Positions 9,966 through 22,299 of a stretch of 64,000 nucleotides of DNA are shown piece after piece. Under the pieces are notes generated by a model. It saw only the letters and a list, made by a program, of their open reading frames with translations, made no database searches and had not been told where the DNA came from. The DNA lies in the NCBI GenBank assembly GCA_000091205.1, contig AP006500.2; one strand, written 5' to 3'. Within the stretch, counting starts at the first letter, position 1. Each line of letters begins with the position of its first letter. This DNA comes from Cyanidioschyzon merolae. Its lineage: Eukaryota. The translations under genes were made by a program, and so were the position numbers.

Positions 9966-12163
9966 CAGTTGTGTAGAGCGCTGGCCCAGCGTTGTCTGTT
10001 ACTCGTTCCTGACACGTGCTGAGGAGACCGTGTGTGTCTTAAAATAATTTATATCTTGCTGTTCTGCGTCGCCTAATGATAATCACGGCAGATTCTGGAA
10101 AATTTCGACGGCATGTATTCCAGAAAGTATCTGAAGTATGGTGTTAGTCGGTATTTAGGAAATTTTGTTCGAGAGTAGACTGACATTCATCAGGGTAAAG
10201 TCCAGGAGGAGAAATGGTATGCCTGCGAAACGAATCCGATTAGCCGCAAACCGCAACGCTTTTCTGAGTCTCAGTAATCACCAGACGGATCATTATGCAC
10301 TTTAGAGGTATTGCAATACAACTCGGTGCTTGTTTTTGGGCTGCTCCGGATTCTGGAATCAAATATCGTTCCTCACACGAAAACAACGCTAGGATTCTGG
10401 GCTTAGACACGCTTATCTACACAGGGATTTACAAATACCGCCCATTTTGATGACTTTTCGCAACCCAAAGCAGGTAATAGGCTTTTTCCAGGATTTTCGG
10501 AGGCAGCATTCACTGAAACGAGGAGTGCAGTTGGGAATTTGGTGCGCCAGAAACTGCCATTTTGCGCGCTCACTGGCCGGCACGTTAGCGGCGGAACAGC
10601 CCTGGTAGCCGCATACACTGCGGCCCAGAGCGTTCGATCCACGCACTGACTGCGCGTGAGCGTATCGGGTTACTCTTCGCCGACGGGAGCGTGCCTTAGA
10701 ATGCATGCGTATACATGTCCGTCGTGGAGCATTCACAATCCTCTTCCGAAGGGGACTCTCGACGGATGCGGGTTGGCATCATCCACTCCCTCCAGCCTCG
10801 AATTGACGTCTGTTTGGCACAGCAAAGCCGTTCTCTCTCAATGCGACGACTGCCTCAAAGGTGGATCCAGCATCGCAGCAAATGCCCACTGTAGCTCCAA
10901 CATATGAGCGGATTCTAGATTGATCTAATCAGCATCCACGACGAGCAGCCTCTCCAAAGGTCAGTCGAGGTAGCCGATTCTGGAAAAGATCACCATGCAC
11001 CCCTCAGGTTACCGACAGCAGTCGTGCATTTAGCGGATTCCTGTTAGATTCACGGATCTGACTCTATAGCACAAAGCATATCGCCCATATATCTCGCAGA
11101 CGACAGCGGTCGTGCGTCGACTGGATTTCCTTCAGATTCTCATACCCGGCACCGTAGAAAAAAGGAATCTGCTTTCTTTCTGGTTATCGACAACAGACCT
11201 ATGTCCACAGAATTCCGGTCAGAATCATGGGACATGCACAACTAAAATCGAATAGCCAGTTCGTGAGCATCCACGACAAATGCATGGCGCTGAAGCAACC
11301 GCCTGTAAGCAGACACGCTGGCGTTTCAGCCAGCAGCAGCCGATACCGTGCGATCGGCTTGGCATCTCCTTCTCGACACGCTTATGGCAGGAGGACCCCA
11401 TCAGCGTCGATGCCAGATGATCGCCTTTCATTTCTGAGTGCAGGTGCACGTGTGGATCGCCTGTTCGCGTCCCCGTGCGGTACCATACTTCCAAAACAGT
11501 CCGCCAACATACAGAGTTTGTGAGTTCACTGAAAGCCATGCAGCCATTTCCTCCAAACGATTGGAGTTGCCGTTTTTACGATAATCATACGCTCGTTTTC
11601 GTTTACTAACCGCTTGATGCTAGGACGAAAATCTATCCATTCGGAACGAACAAAGTCCATTGAGGTATTTTGCACGCCTCAGGCAAGAATCCTGTTGCTC
11701 GCCACAGATCGCCATCGTCTGGCGGTCTATCACTTCATCAATCCAAAGATTCTGGCACTTACAGCTATTAGGAGCATAGATCATTATTCTCAGCCCCCAA
11801 ACCAGTTCTTTTGGTGGTACACGAGGTGCCCTGGTACGACACCCAGTCGAGCGCAACGTCCGCGGCCGCTACGTGGACCGGTGCCAAGCATCTACCCCGA
11901 CGCACGTCGTCCTTCGTGTGCGAGCAGTAGAGGCAAATCCTGGACAGTGCACTGCACGCTCGCACTGAAATGGCCCCCTCCCCAAACGATACTTGCAAAC
12001 GACTGCTGTGCGGACAGAGAAATCCCACCACGCAGTGCTGCAGAGAAAATGGATAAACCGGCGACAATGGATCGGTTTCAGAGAGCAGCTCCCCGAGGCT
12101 GCTCTGCTCCGACGCTGTCAAGCAATCGACGACGCATGCCAGCGTACATGCAGGTAGCGATTC

Positions 12164-13999
12164 TTAAACAGCACGCGTGCGAGCTGCTTCGATGATCGGC
12201 TCCAGGCTCGGGTCAATTTCCGTGATGCGTACCGGTCTTTTGAGTTCGAAGGAACGTCTAGCGGCCATGGCCATAACCACGGCGATGCGGCCGTCGAAGC
12301 CCGACGGCAACGGCAAAGCAGGCGTACCCGCATCCGTTCCCGCTTCGGCTTTGCGGGCGCCGCCTGCTCGAATCTCTACCAGGTGCTGCACCCAGGCAAG
12401 CATCTCCTGCAGATAAGCCTCCGCGTAACGTTCCATGAAAAAGTTCAACGGTTTGTCCCGGTGCTGTCCAATCACATCCATATACTCAGCAGTGTTGGGA
12501 TACTCGTTGCCGACGGTGATGCAGCCCTCGGTTCCAAAGAGCTCCGCGCGCTGGTCATACGCCTGATGCGGAGTCGATCGCGAATTGTCGATGACGCAAA
12601 TTGCGTCGTTTGCGAAGCGCACCTGAGTCATGACGTGATCGCAGTCCCCGATTTCCGCTATACTCGGTTCGCAGCAAAGGCCCATGGCAAACACTTCGAC
12701 GGGCTCTGACTTAAGCAGAAATCGAGCCATATCGAAGTCGTGGATCGCCTGGTCGAGCCAGATGCCGCCAGAGACTTTGAGATAGGCGAGCGGTGGCGGC
12801 GCAGGATCCCTCGACACAAGGTGTAGCTTGAGTGGCCTCCCGAGAAACCCGGAGTCATGGGCAAGGCGCGCACGTTGGAAGTTTTGATCGTATCTGCGCT
12901 GAAAAGCAACCATCAGCTGGATGCCTGAGCGTTGCAGTCGACGCAGCCGGCGATCATGCTCGAATTGTGCCAGGCTTAGATTGTCAAGTCCAGTCTCGCC
13001 GCTGACGAACAGGCTCGGGCGTTTTGCTTGAAGTCGCAGCTCTTTGACGTCCGCATTCGCAGCGTCCAGTGTTGCCAGCGCATCATCGATCACATCAAGG
13101 CCGAGTGCAATCGGCTTCTCGCAGAAAACGTGCTTCCCATAGCGCGCGCACTCCTTCATAAGCGGTGCGTGGGTGTCCGTCGGCGAACAGATGACCACGG
13201 CGTCCACTCTAGGGTCATGCACCAAGTCCTCCGCATTCGTGTACCAGATGGGGACGTGGAAACGCGCCGCAACCCGTCGGGCAGCATCCTCAATGGCATC
13301 ACTCACAGCTACAAGCGCAGCGTTCGGCACGCGGTTCGCCAAGTTATTCGCATGAACCTGGCCGATACGCCCACATCCGATGATCCCGACTCGCAGCCGC
13401 GAGGCATTGTAGGCCGAGGCCGCACTCTGTGCAGAAGCCGTGCCAGCCACCGGGGGCAGCACGCTCTCGCTCAACGTTCCTACAAGGACACGGCTAGGCG
13501 CAGGCTCGGCAGCGTCTTTGCTCAGAGCCGTCTCTTGTTCTGAAGAGTCCTCAGAATCAACCTCAACCAGCTCCTCATCCTCTAGACGAAGCGCTGAAGC
13601 GGTCAAACGAACAAAAGACTCTAGCTCCTGCCGAAGCATCACCTCATAAATGCGCTCCTCAGGTCCTTTTCCAACTTTTGACTGGCGAGCTGCCTGTTCC
13701 TTGCTTGCGAGGCTGAGCAGATCGCTGCTCGAAAGCTGGCGTGGATCGCGGCCCGGCTGCACCGAGGCGCCACCCTGAGCATTTTTCAAGTTGCCCGACT
13801 GTAAAGTTTCAGCCTTGGATCCCGATCTGCGCAGCAGTCCAGCTCTATAATCAGCGCGGTACATGAGTCTCGTGAACGATTCAAGAGTTGAACTCGCTGC
13901 CTCACATAAAATTGATAAAGAAATGAACGGCGGTGCGTCGCGGCTTGCAGCGCGGATCAGGAGCGCAGGCGGTGCGATAGCGCATGATCCACCACACAT
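12164..13999 (-). CDS. Gfo/Idh/MocA-family NAD(P)-dependent oxidoreductase (inositol 2-dehydrogenase-like) with a ~200-aa N-terminal extension
   Basis: 611-aa ORF. Rossmann motif 'RVGIIGCGRIGQVHANN' at about aa 205, followed by 'VAVSD...AARFHVP', 'VDAVVICSPTDTHAPL' and 'GKHVFCEKPIAL', typical of the family. The N-terminal 200 aa is Ser/Glu-rich and low-complexity. Confidence 0.7.
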   Translation of the reverse strand: MCGGSCAIAPPALLIRAASRDAPPFISLSILCEAASSTLESFTRLMYRADYRAGLLRRSGSKAETLQSGNLKNAQGGASVQPGRDPRQLSSSDLLSLASKEQAARQSKVGKGPEERIYEVMLRQELESFVRLTASALRLEDEELVEVDSEDSSEQETALSKDAAEPAPSRVLVGTLSESVLPPVAGTASAQSAASAYNASRLRVGIIGCGRIGQVHANNLANRVPNAALVAVSDAIEDAARRVAARFHVPIWYTNAEDLVHDPRVDAVVICSPTDTHAPLMKECARYGKHVFCEKPIALGLDVIDDALATLDAANADVKELRLQAKRPSLFVSGETGLDNLSLAQFEHDRRLRRLQRSGIQLMVAFQRRYDQNFQRARLAHDSGFLGRPLKLHLVSRDPAPPPLAYLKVSGGIWLDQAIHDFDMARFLLKSEPVEVFAMGLCCEPSIAEIGDCDHVMTQVRFANDAICVIDNSRSTPHQAYDQRAELFGTEGCITVGNEYPNTAEYMDVIGQHRDKPLNFFMERYAEAYLQEMLAWVQHLVEIRAGGARKAEAGTDAGTPALPLPSGFDGRIAVVMAMAARRSFELKRPVRITEIDPSLEPIIEAARTRAV

Positions 14000-14559
14000 T
14001 TTTCGGGGGGCGCTTTTGCATTCGTGCCTGAATAAAAGTGGATAGGTCTACTTGTCGAACTCGCGTTTGCATCATCAAGTTTGGGATGCTTCCCGACGCT
14101 ATCTACACCAGCGTTGAGGAGATTTTTCCTCCAACCATTTCCATATTCTTTCCCATACCTTCATCGGGGGGCACGGCGGCCTCTCGTGTCCCTCCAGTTC
14201 CGTTGTCAGCAGTCGATGAATGTTGGTGCCGAGGTTCAAGTCGCGATTTCGCTGATTCCGCTTGTTTTCATTTGCGTTTGACGCACAGGTGCACGTTATG
14301 AGAGACGCGACGCATGCCATTTTCGTCTTCTTTGTATATAGCCTGGGTACGACCCTGGCAGTGGTGAGGCATTTTAATGGTCCGGGGTTGCGCTGTATCC
14401 ACAACACATCTCACTCCAAGGCGGGGCTGTAGCGCGTGAACGCTCGCTGGATCGCTCGATATATTTCCTTGACGGGTACCGAGGGCTCGCCTGAACGCTC
14501 TCTTCCGTCCCCGCGCTGTGCCATGCCCTACGATCAGGGGCTTGTTGTGGGCGATGGCA

Positions 14560-15080
14560 TCAGCGAGTCATCCGTCCGCAGCACACGCGGGCGTACGTAG
14601 TACCATTCTATAGACGATTTGGGGAGCATGATATCGTGCATGACGAAAAACGATCAGAAGGAAAACCTAGCTGGAGAACAAGTCAAGAAATGTCGACCCG
14701 TATACGCTCTCTTCGTACAAAGCAGAGACGCACCTTCGACATGAAGCGATCACAGCAATGACTAATTTCCGAGTCCGATACCCTTTTGGATGCGAACCGA
14801 GGACACAGGAGCCTCTGGGAGCGTAGCCCGGTAAAGGTGTCTTGTAGCTGCGTAAACCTATATCAACGATGATCAATCAGAGAAACGTACTTGTCTTTCG
14901 AACGGAATCGATGATTTGAAGTGACATGTTCAGTGAGCTCGCGGCAAGAGCTCGTGAAGATGTTGTTAATTGACGACTGCTTGACTTTTAGCTGGTCAAT
15001 GCGGCAGCGCGAAGTGCTCTGCCTACGAGCTGTCTTTAAATAACAAGCTCGAAAGCTTGTCGAATGTGCAATATGAGTTT
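14560..15080 (-). repeat. Partial copy of the dispersed repeat superfamily (core2 'GCTGGAGAACAAGTCAAGAAATGTCGA' at ~14672, core1-complement at ~15045)
   Basis: The segment 14600-14700 aligns with 29620-29700 of the IR arm ('gcatgatatcgtgcatgacgaaaaacgatcagaaggaaaacctagctggagaacaagtc' versus 'gcacgatgttgcccacgacgagacacgcaccggaaggagaatccaggctggagaacaagtc'). A second core lies about 370 bp away. Confidence 0.5.
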
Positions 15081-16430
15081 GCTTCACGTAAGGAAATCAG
15101 ACAAGTGGAGGCTTATATGTATGAACAGGATGATGATATCTATTATTTCGCGAAAGCTAGTTCGTGTGCATTGCGAACCATCGAAACGGTGGTGAAGTAA
15201 TGAATTCCTGCCGCAGTGAGTCGCAGGAACCACTCCGAAAAGAATCCCAAGAATCCGAAACCTCGTCTGAACACGTGAACCCGCATTATCGCACTTCGAA
15301 AGCGGAGGCTGTCCATCTTGCAAACGCTACCAAAAATTGACAGACTGGAAGAGAGCGAGCAGCACAGCCTTCCGCTTCAGTCTGAGACGGGTGTCGCGTA
15401 TCGTTCCGAATAGGCATGCCTATACACAGTCCTGGTTGCACAGCCTATCGGGGCCTGAACTGACAATGGGCTCTCGTCCAGCCCTTGTACAGAAAAGCGT
15501 AAAGGAGTTGCGAAATCGTCTTTTTCTTCGTAAAGTGTTATCGAGGGCTCTAGATCGATTGTGCATACCATTGGCAACCACTTGCTGGGTAGTGCCCGAT
15601 TGCAGTGAACATTGTCGAAATGATAGATCAGTCCCGGATCGGCTCTCGCAGACGGAGAGCGCGTATGAGCGTTCCTATGCTCTTGGCTGAACGCCCTGTT
15701 CTCCATCTATAGGCGGTACTTTTTGCACTGCCTCCTATTCTTGTGCTTCTGCATAGTTGAACGATTGGTAAGGATCTTCGAAAAATCATGGTAGAAAAGG
15801 TGTCTCTTTAGTCGGTGCAGAATGATCTAGGGGAGGACTCGGAATGGAGCCTGCCTCGGACTCCGCAATCACGGATTCCTTCAGATTGTCTACGAATGTA
15901 AACCAATGAAACTTCTTCTGGCCTTAAATCGCGCCTTGGAACGCACCTCTGTCTCTGGATCCGCCAATTACTTCACAACATCCATCTTAGTAAACCAGTT
16001 CAACTTCTGTGTTCCATAAGAGGGCCTGCCTTGTATGTTCCGATTCATTAATTCCAAGAGCCTTGCTCTAAAATTGTATCACTACTGATCTCGTGAAACA
16101 ACATCATTGGTGGTGTTCATTTACATATCTTTATCGGATATTCCGCAGCATGCGAGCGCCGCTTCGAAGTGAAAATTCCGACGCAAAAGTCTGGCCCAGG
16201 ACCGTTCACGTGTAGCTGTGTCTACAGCGGCTCGGTTGTCAATGCTCTAGCTGCTGTAGACAGACAAGGTTCATGGGGTTTTAGCTGCAGCCATCGGCTT
16301 CATATCAAAAACATCAAAGCAGAAAATCCATATAGCGAACGGGCCGGGATAAAGCACTGTGCATGTTGAGCTTTTTTTCTGTATCCAAGAAACGCGACTC
16401 AAGTATTGCGGAACCATGATGGATGCCCAT

Positions 16431-17177
16431 TCACAGGTTATCCTCTTTTGAAATAGATTCAAAGAAAGCCTGTTGTGACTGCTCAAAGTGCACAAGCCTC
16501 ACACCATTCTGTAAAAGTTTCTGTCTCATGCATTTGAATCCATCGATCGTGATCGCTTTGGTAGCGTTCTCGACAAGCAGGACATCAAAACCTATCGCTA
16601 TTGCATCTAGAGCTGTGAGACCGACGCAGTAGTCATAGGCGAGGCCACAGATAAAAACACGCTTGATGCCGAGTGTATCCAGGATATGACGGAGACCAGT
16701 TTCCGTACCGGTCTCGTCCCGAAACGCTGAATATGAGTCTCTATCCACAGTGGTACCCTTCTCAAAGATGATGTCTCTGTCCTTGTCTACGACCAAGTCC
16801 GAGTGCAGCTCGGCTCCCCAGGTGTTCTGAACGCAGTGGTCGGGCCACAAAACGCGCTTTTCTATTGAGTTGTCTGAAACCTCAACTTGTTCGAAGGGTC
16901 GCTTTCCCGGATGGGAGCTGGCGAATGAGATGTGTTTTCGGGGGTGCCAGTCCTTTGTGAACACCACTGTCTGAAAAAGCCTTCGAAGCCGGTTCGCTAG
17001 AGGGACAACTTGTTCTCCATCCGTCACGTAGAGCGCTCCCCGTTTGTCCGCAAAATCGTTCTGCACGTCCACAACGAGCAAAGCACAGTCTCTCTCAAGG
17101 CTGTTCAGACTGCAGGCTGCGCACCGCTGAACCTCCATACGAGAGTGCTTCTGGGCACGAGAGAACCAATACGTCAC
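16431..17177 (-). CDS. Nicotinamidase / isochorismatase-family hydrolase
   Basis: 248-aa ORF with 'ALLVVDVQNDFADKRGALYV' (catalytic Asp region) and 'VFICGLAYDYCVGLTALDAIAIGFDVLLVENA' (catalytic Cys region), as in PNC1-type nicotinamidases. Confidence 0.7.
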   Translation of the reverse strand: MTYWFSRAQKHSRMEVQRCAACSLNSLERDCALLVVDVQNDFADKRGALYVTDGEQVVPLANRLRRLFQTVVFTKDWHPRKHISFASSHPGKRPFEQVEVSDNSIEKRVLWPDHCVQNTWGAELHSDLVVDKDRDIIFEKGTTVDRDSYSAFRDETGTETGLRHILDTLGIKRVFICGLAYDYCVGLTALDAIAIGFDVLLVENATKAITIDGFKCMRQKLLQNGVRLVHFEQSQQAFFESISKEDNL

Positions 17178-17687
17178 GCTGTGTAGGGGTTGTTCTCGTT
17201 ATGGGCCTGTGGCCTTTTTAATAAAGCCCTGCTTGTCGCACTGGCTGGATTTTGTACTGTCGGACTGTGAACTCGAATCCAACCTTCTCCGTCGCAGACG
17301 GTAAGCAATGAATATGCTATAATCGAGCGGTGATACCCGAAGCGAGCGATCTGCTTTATGCGGTGTTCCCAGACACCGTTTGCAAAAGCCTTCATAGAAA
17401 GAGGCCCACGAAGCCCTTATGATACCGCTCACAACGAGAAGCGCCGTGCGTTCACGGCAATGCACAGCCTAGTCTTGCCTTTCAGGGCTGTGTACTTGTA
17501 CGGCCGCACCCGAACGTTGTACAATGGGGGCCACTAGATCTGTGCGGAGAATGCATTTGATCTTAGATTCGAGCCTCGGCGACGAAATCTTCGCAATCTA
17601 GCAGTGCTTGCGATACAAACGGCCAAGTCTCACCGGCAGAAGCCATCGAATGTCGCTACAAAGTAGACTAGGGCGCCAGCTATGGGC

Positions 17688-20264
17688 TCAGCTCGAGGTG
17701 CGGGGCGGCGCTGGCGAAGCGCCCGCGTCGCCCCTCAACGTGTCCCCGTTGTGCAGCCGCTCATGCAGCGGCGTGTTGGGCAGGGACATGGCACGGTCGA
17801 TTCTAGATGTTCGTTCCAGCGCATCGACGTAGGTGTGGCTTATCCGCGCCGGTGACACCCTCATACCCAGCCTGTTGGCGGGACTCGAAGGCGACGCGTC
17901 TCGGCTCTCTTTCATTGGAGACGCGGATTGGTGGCGGCGCATTTGGGCCCAGTTCGATCTTCGCTCCAGGGAATTTCCAGTGTGTGCGCTTACCTGAGCA
18001 ACTTTTCGGATGCCCCGAGCCGCATAGGTCGCAAAAATGTCAGCCATCGAGATGGCGATATTCAATTCATCGGCTAGGCAGCGAAGCAGGCGCATCACGC
18101 GGAGAACAGAAAAAATATCATCCGGATACTCTTGGAAGCGAATAAAACGGAGAGGATTCAGAGAGCCGAGTGCGTTCATTTCGAGCTCATCGAGGGTTGA
18201 CGTATCGAACAGGAAGCGAGCGAAGAGCGCGAGATCAGCATCGGTTGGGGAGTACATGAATGATCCAATTCGAGAGATACTATGCATCGAGGATTGTTCC
18301 CGAGGACGTGTATCGCCAGCAGTCAAGCCGTAAGAAGATTCTGTCTCGCTTTGTTCTGCAGCTAGCTCGCTGGTGCTAGGGCGAGACTCTAGTGGTGTCC
18401 AAACCACTGTGGATCGAAAGCCTGCAGTGGCATCGAATCGTACGCCGAGCTCCTGGAAGCGAGCCGCAATCAACGGTCCATCGCAATCCGCAATCGCGAG
18501 GTAGAGCCAGCAGAGCCGCCGCCGCACAAACTCGCGAATGCGCTTGACTTGACCAAAATCAAGCAGCGCTACTCTTCCATCTTGCATGACAACAAAATTC
18601 CCGGGATGCGGATCCGCGTGGAAGATGCCATCGACAAGTATCATTTGTCCGAAGACAGCGGCAATATTTTCCAGGAGGGTGCGTAGGTCGAGGTCCCAGC
18701 CGCGAATTTTCTCTCGATCCAGGATGTAACAACCTGGGATGTACGTCATGACAAGTGCTCGTCTGGACACAAGATCGTTGACTATTTCCGGAATCGCTAC
18801 GACGTGATCAAGATTTGCCTGTCGAAGATTTCGACGGATGACAGTCATCATCCGAGCTTCGCGTTCAAAATCGAACTCTAGCGGTATCAAGCGTTCGTAT
18901 TCACGAACGATAGAGACAAGATCTATGCGCAAGTCAAGTGCCTGCAAAAATTGCGCGAGCACCCGGAGATTGCGAAAGTCCTTTTGGCAGAGTCGCTCTT
19001 GCCCTGGGTACTGCACCTTCAATATCACCAAGCGACCATCAGGCATTTCACACTTGTGAATTTGCGCCACAGTGGCTGACGCAAGGGGCGTTCTATCGTA
19101 CCAAAGAAAAATGCTCTCCATGGGCATGCTGAAACACTCAAGGAAAGTTGCTCGAACTTCTTCGATAGTCATTGCTCGGCCTTCATGTGGTAGCTCCCAC
19201 AGGCGCTTGCACCACGTCTGGGGAAGAAAATCACTCCGCGTGCTCAGCAGAATGCCGTTTTTCAGGTATGCGCCACCGAGCTCAACGCAGAGACGGTAAA
19301 CTCGTTCGCTTCCCCACTGATGGCGTTTTTCCCAGAGAGCAAGCGCGTCTTCCGCTTTGAGTCTGCCCGCGCGCTTTTGGGTCATCTTATATGCCACATA
19401 TACGGGTAGAATCCGTTGCCAAAAATCGATCGAGCGCCATAAGCTCGGTTGCATCCTTCGGAGTGCAGGAGCCACCGCATACGACAGCGTCAGAGGCTGG
19501 AAAAACGCCAGTGCTGCAGCTTGCTGTGGGCCAGGGAATACCGTGCCCAAGATAATGGCTGTCCTGCAAGCGGACCAGTGCCTCTTGGAAAGAAGCACTT
19601 TAAGCACGAGCAAAATCGCTGCTCTACCCAGAAACCCTAGTGTCGACCCACGGGAGGACCTCCTCTTCCCCTGTGTTGGTTTCGCTTTGCCAAAATGCCT
19701 TCTGGGTGAAGTTTGCGGGGTTTCGTCGGTAGTAGACGATCCCTGCGACGTTCGTGTGTCCTCAGGTTGAGCCTGAGCAGTCTTCGAGTTCGCAGCTCTG
19801 TGTGCGTCATAATCCAACATTTTCAAGTTTGTCTTGTCATGATCCCCGGTACCTTGATATTTTTCAACTATCTCCGGTGGGGCAACCTCATAAGACTCGT
19901 CTCTGGCGTCAGACGGCCCGCCATTTCGCAACTCGCCTCGCGGATTGGCGTCACTAGTTTCGGCGTCTTCCGAGTTCGGAACGTTTGCGCTGTCTTCACC
20001 GTCTTCGGTGTAGTCTGCAACGTTTGTGCTGCATTCTTCATATGATTCTCCTCCACTAAGCAGCTCAAACACATCATTGAAAGTTTTCCGAGCCAGGGTG
20101 TAACCTAGGAAGCGCCTGCGGAGAGCCTGGAAGGCGGCATAGCTCTCCTCCCTGTTATCGCCTTGGGTAGTTATTCCGGCAGAAACTTGCAGCCCGCGAG
20201 CCGACCCAGCGTGATTCCAGCTTGTTCTTACACTCAAACTGCATAAAAGCGTTTTCTGCAGCAT
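17688..20264 (-). CDS. ABC1/ADCK (UbiB-family) atypical protein kinase with long low-complexity termini
   Basis: 858-aa ORF. ABC1 domain 'LASATVAQIHKCEMPDGRLVILKVQYPG...FDFEREARMMTVIRRNL...IFHADPHPGNFVVMQDGRVALLDFGQVKRI'. Confidence 0.8.
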   Translation of the reverse strand: MLQKTLLCSLSVRTSWNHAGSARGLQVSAGITTQGDNREESYAAFQALRRRFLGYTLARKTFNDVFELLSGGESYEECSTNVADYTEDGEDSANVPNSEDAETSDANPRGELRNGGPSDARDESYEVAPPEIVEKYQGTGDHDKTNLKMLDYDAHRAANSKTAQAQPEDTRTSQGSSTTDETPQTSPRRHFGKAKPTQGKRRSSRGSTLGFLGRAAILLVLKVLLSKRHWSACRTAIILGTVFPGPQQAAALAFFQPLTLSYAVAPALRRMQPSLWRSIDFWQRILPVYVAYKMTQKRAGRLKAEDALALWEKRHQWGSERVYRLCVELGGAYLKNGILLSTRSDFLPQTWCKRLWELPHEGRAMTIEEVRATFLECFSMPMESIFLWYDRTPLASATVAQIHKCEMPDGRLVILKVQYPGQERLCQKDFRNLRVLAQFLQALDLRIDLVSIVREYERLIPLEFDFEREARMMTVIRRNLRQANLDHVVAIPEIVNDLVSRRALVMTYIPGCYILDREKIRGWDLDLRTLLENIAAVFGQMILVDGIFHADPHPGNFVVMQDGRVALLDFGQVKRIREFVRRRLCWLYLAIADCDGPLIAARFQELGVRFDATAGFRSTVVWTPLESRPSTSELAAEQSETESSYGLTAGDTRPREQSSMHSISRIGSFMYSPTDADLALFARFLFDTSTLDELEMNALGSLNPLRFIRFQEYPDDIFSVLRVMRLLRCLADELNIAISMADIFATYAARGIRKVAQVSAHTGNSLERRSNWAQMRRHQSASPMKESRDASPSSPANRLGMRVSPARISHTYVDALERTSRIDRAMSLPNTPLHERLHNGDTLRGDAGASPAPPRTSS

Positions 20265-20606
20265 GCAGTTGCATACAAAGCGGGACGGTTAGCGCTCTGC
20301 TGAGTAACGATAGGCAATAACTTTGTATCGAAAACAGCAAACTCGCTTGTAGTGCGATCGAGATGCTATATAAAAATGGATCTTTTTGGACATCAAATCC
20401 GAGTCGCCCACACAAACGGCGTGGGGGAAAACCCTCGTTGCCTGCTATGGCATATGCACGTCGACTTATGTCGGAATGAAATGGAAAAGTCCAGCCAACT
20501 CGGGGTTAAACTTTCAGACTTTGATCACTTGGGACTGTAATCAACACCAGCTTGTACGAAATTTCTCTTCGACTACCTTCGTGTCTTTCTCTCGAATCGC
20601 TGACTT

Positions 20607-21108
20607 TTAATACGTCGGTATCTCCGTGCTCTCAAGGCCCATATTTTGCTGTCCAAAGACGTTGATGGCAGCCTTGAAGTCCCCATTTAGCAGCGCCCAG
20701 CTATTGACGACGCATTTTATGCTTAGGAGGACGTCGCGATTCACGAATCGCTTCCCATTTTCATCTACTTTGTATTCAGCCCAGGTCTGCTCTTCGTAGG
20801 GGTGAAACTTGACCGCGATCACGTGTTCCATTGTGTCCGCTAAAATTACTCCTCCTGCGGATGCCACGCTGTGGTTCACGAAAGCTTGGTTCATAGCGCA
20901 TTATATGCCTTTGATGAGCATAGATGGCTCCGTTCGCCATTTTGATCAGCTTCTGGACCCGGTGCCACACCTTACGATAACAGGCTTTCTCTGGGCGATC
21001 CCCTCGGGGAGTATTCTTTCCACTGTACACGCAAGAGCTCCAAGCTCCATTCCATAGCTTCCTATCTGGCTCCTTGCGCGCTCTTCGTTTTCTGCCTACT
21101 CTTCCCAT
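20607..21108 (-). pseudogene. Degenerate TnpB/Fanzor-like (RuvC-III region) remnant, copy 1
   Basis: Overlapping minus-strand ORFs in different frames. Contains 'GKRFVNRDVLL...GDFKAAINVFG', and the nucleotide segment 'cgattcacgaatcgcttcccattttcatc' is homologous to the copies at 23.2k, 27.8k and 53.85k. Confidence 0.4.
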
Positions 21109-22299
21109 AAATCCTGCCGATGAGCTTGATGGGCATCAAGGTACCTGAACCGATCAAGAGCAACGTGTCCGCACTTTCCATGCGCTTTCGACAAGGCAGT
21201 AACGGCCTATGAAATTCGTTCCTGTTTCGCTCCCTTGAAGTAACATTCTCTCATTCCGTTCCTTCTCCTAAAAAAGAACATGAAAGGTGTGTGAGTAGAA
21301 CACAAGAATGTAGGTAAAATTCGGAGCGTTGGAGACATCCGGCTCTCGAGCGTGGCCGTTGACGACAGGGGTCGGTGTCCTCTTCGGGTGTCATGGAATC
21401 GCAGTTGCAAAGGCTTATCCTCCATGGATACATGCCGGTGCAGTTCGCATTGAGGACAAAGTTCGCAGGACTATGCATCCGCATTGCTCGGCGCTGCTCG
21501 GCGTAGCTCCCTTTCTGGGCATGGGTACATGTGCGCACTGTCGGTCATGAAGCGTGCAGGACGTTCGTGGATGGTGTTGAATGTTGCCTCGCCAGCGGTC
21601 TCGATGGAGGGCAACTGTTGCCCTATGTATAGTGCAAACCGCCTGTACCTCCCTTTTTCTTCCCATTCGCATCTCTCTTTGCTTTCAGTCGATTTTTGTT
21701 CATCCAACAGTTTACAAGTTCCTTCTAAGCTTCGAGTGAAAATTGCAGTGTTCCCTTCATCATGTCTTCGCCCGCAAACATCTACTCTTCGTTTTCAACG
21801 CTGTCGTTTTCCACCGGACGCATCTACGCCTAGTTTGCGAGGATGCCCCCTCTACAATGAAGCGAAAAGCGCGCGAATCAAGACGCTGGTATAAAAGACC
21901 GAGAGATTCATTCGAATTAGGCAAGATTATTTCCGTTAGGGGCGCTGGAACAGCACGCCACATGCAGAAGCACCATCGCTTTCGTGTGCGGGTTACTCAC
22001 AGGTGGTGGATCCACCTTATTCTCGGCGTCGTCGCGCTTGAAGGATCTTCTATGGAGGTGCTTCATGGACTAGGTATTCTGCGAGCCTATTAAGCCTCGC
22101 CGAAGAGCCACTTGTGAAGAGCTATCTCATGCTGCTGACTGAGTTGCCGACCTCTGACTATGCTGCATCGAATCCCCCATGTTGGGAAGGAGACTGACAG
22201 CTGATTGGCAATTCGAAGTGAATAAGAACAGAAACCAGCACCCAGCGAGAAATTGGATGTGCGTTCCTCTCTTCCTCCTGCATAAGATATTGAGGAAGA

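Noticed and set aside
10620-10640. T-loop-like 'GCGTTCGATCCACGC'
   Set aside because: Flanking sequence cannot form acceptor or anticodon stems of a tRNA. It is an isolated motif only.
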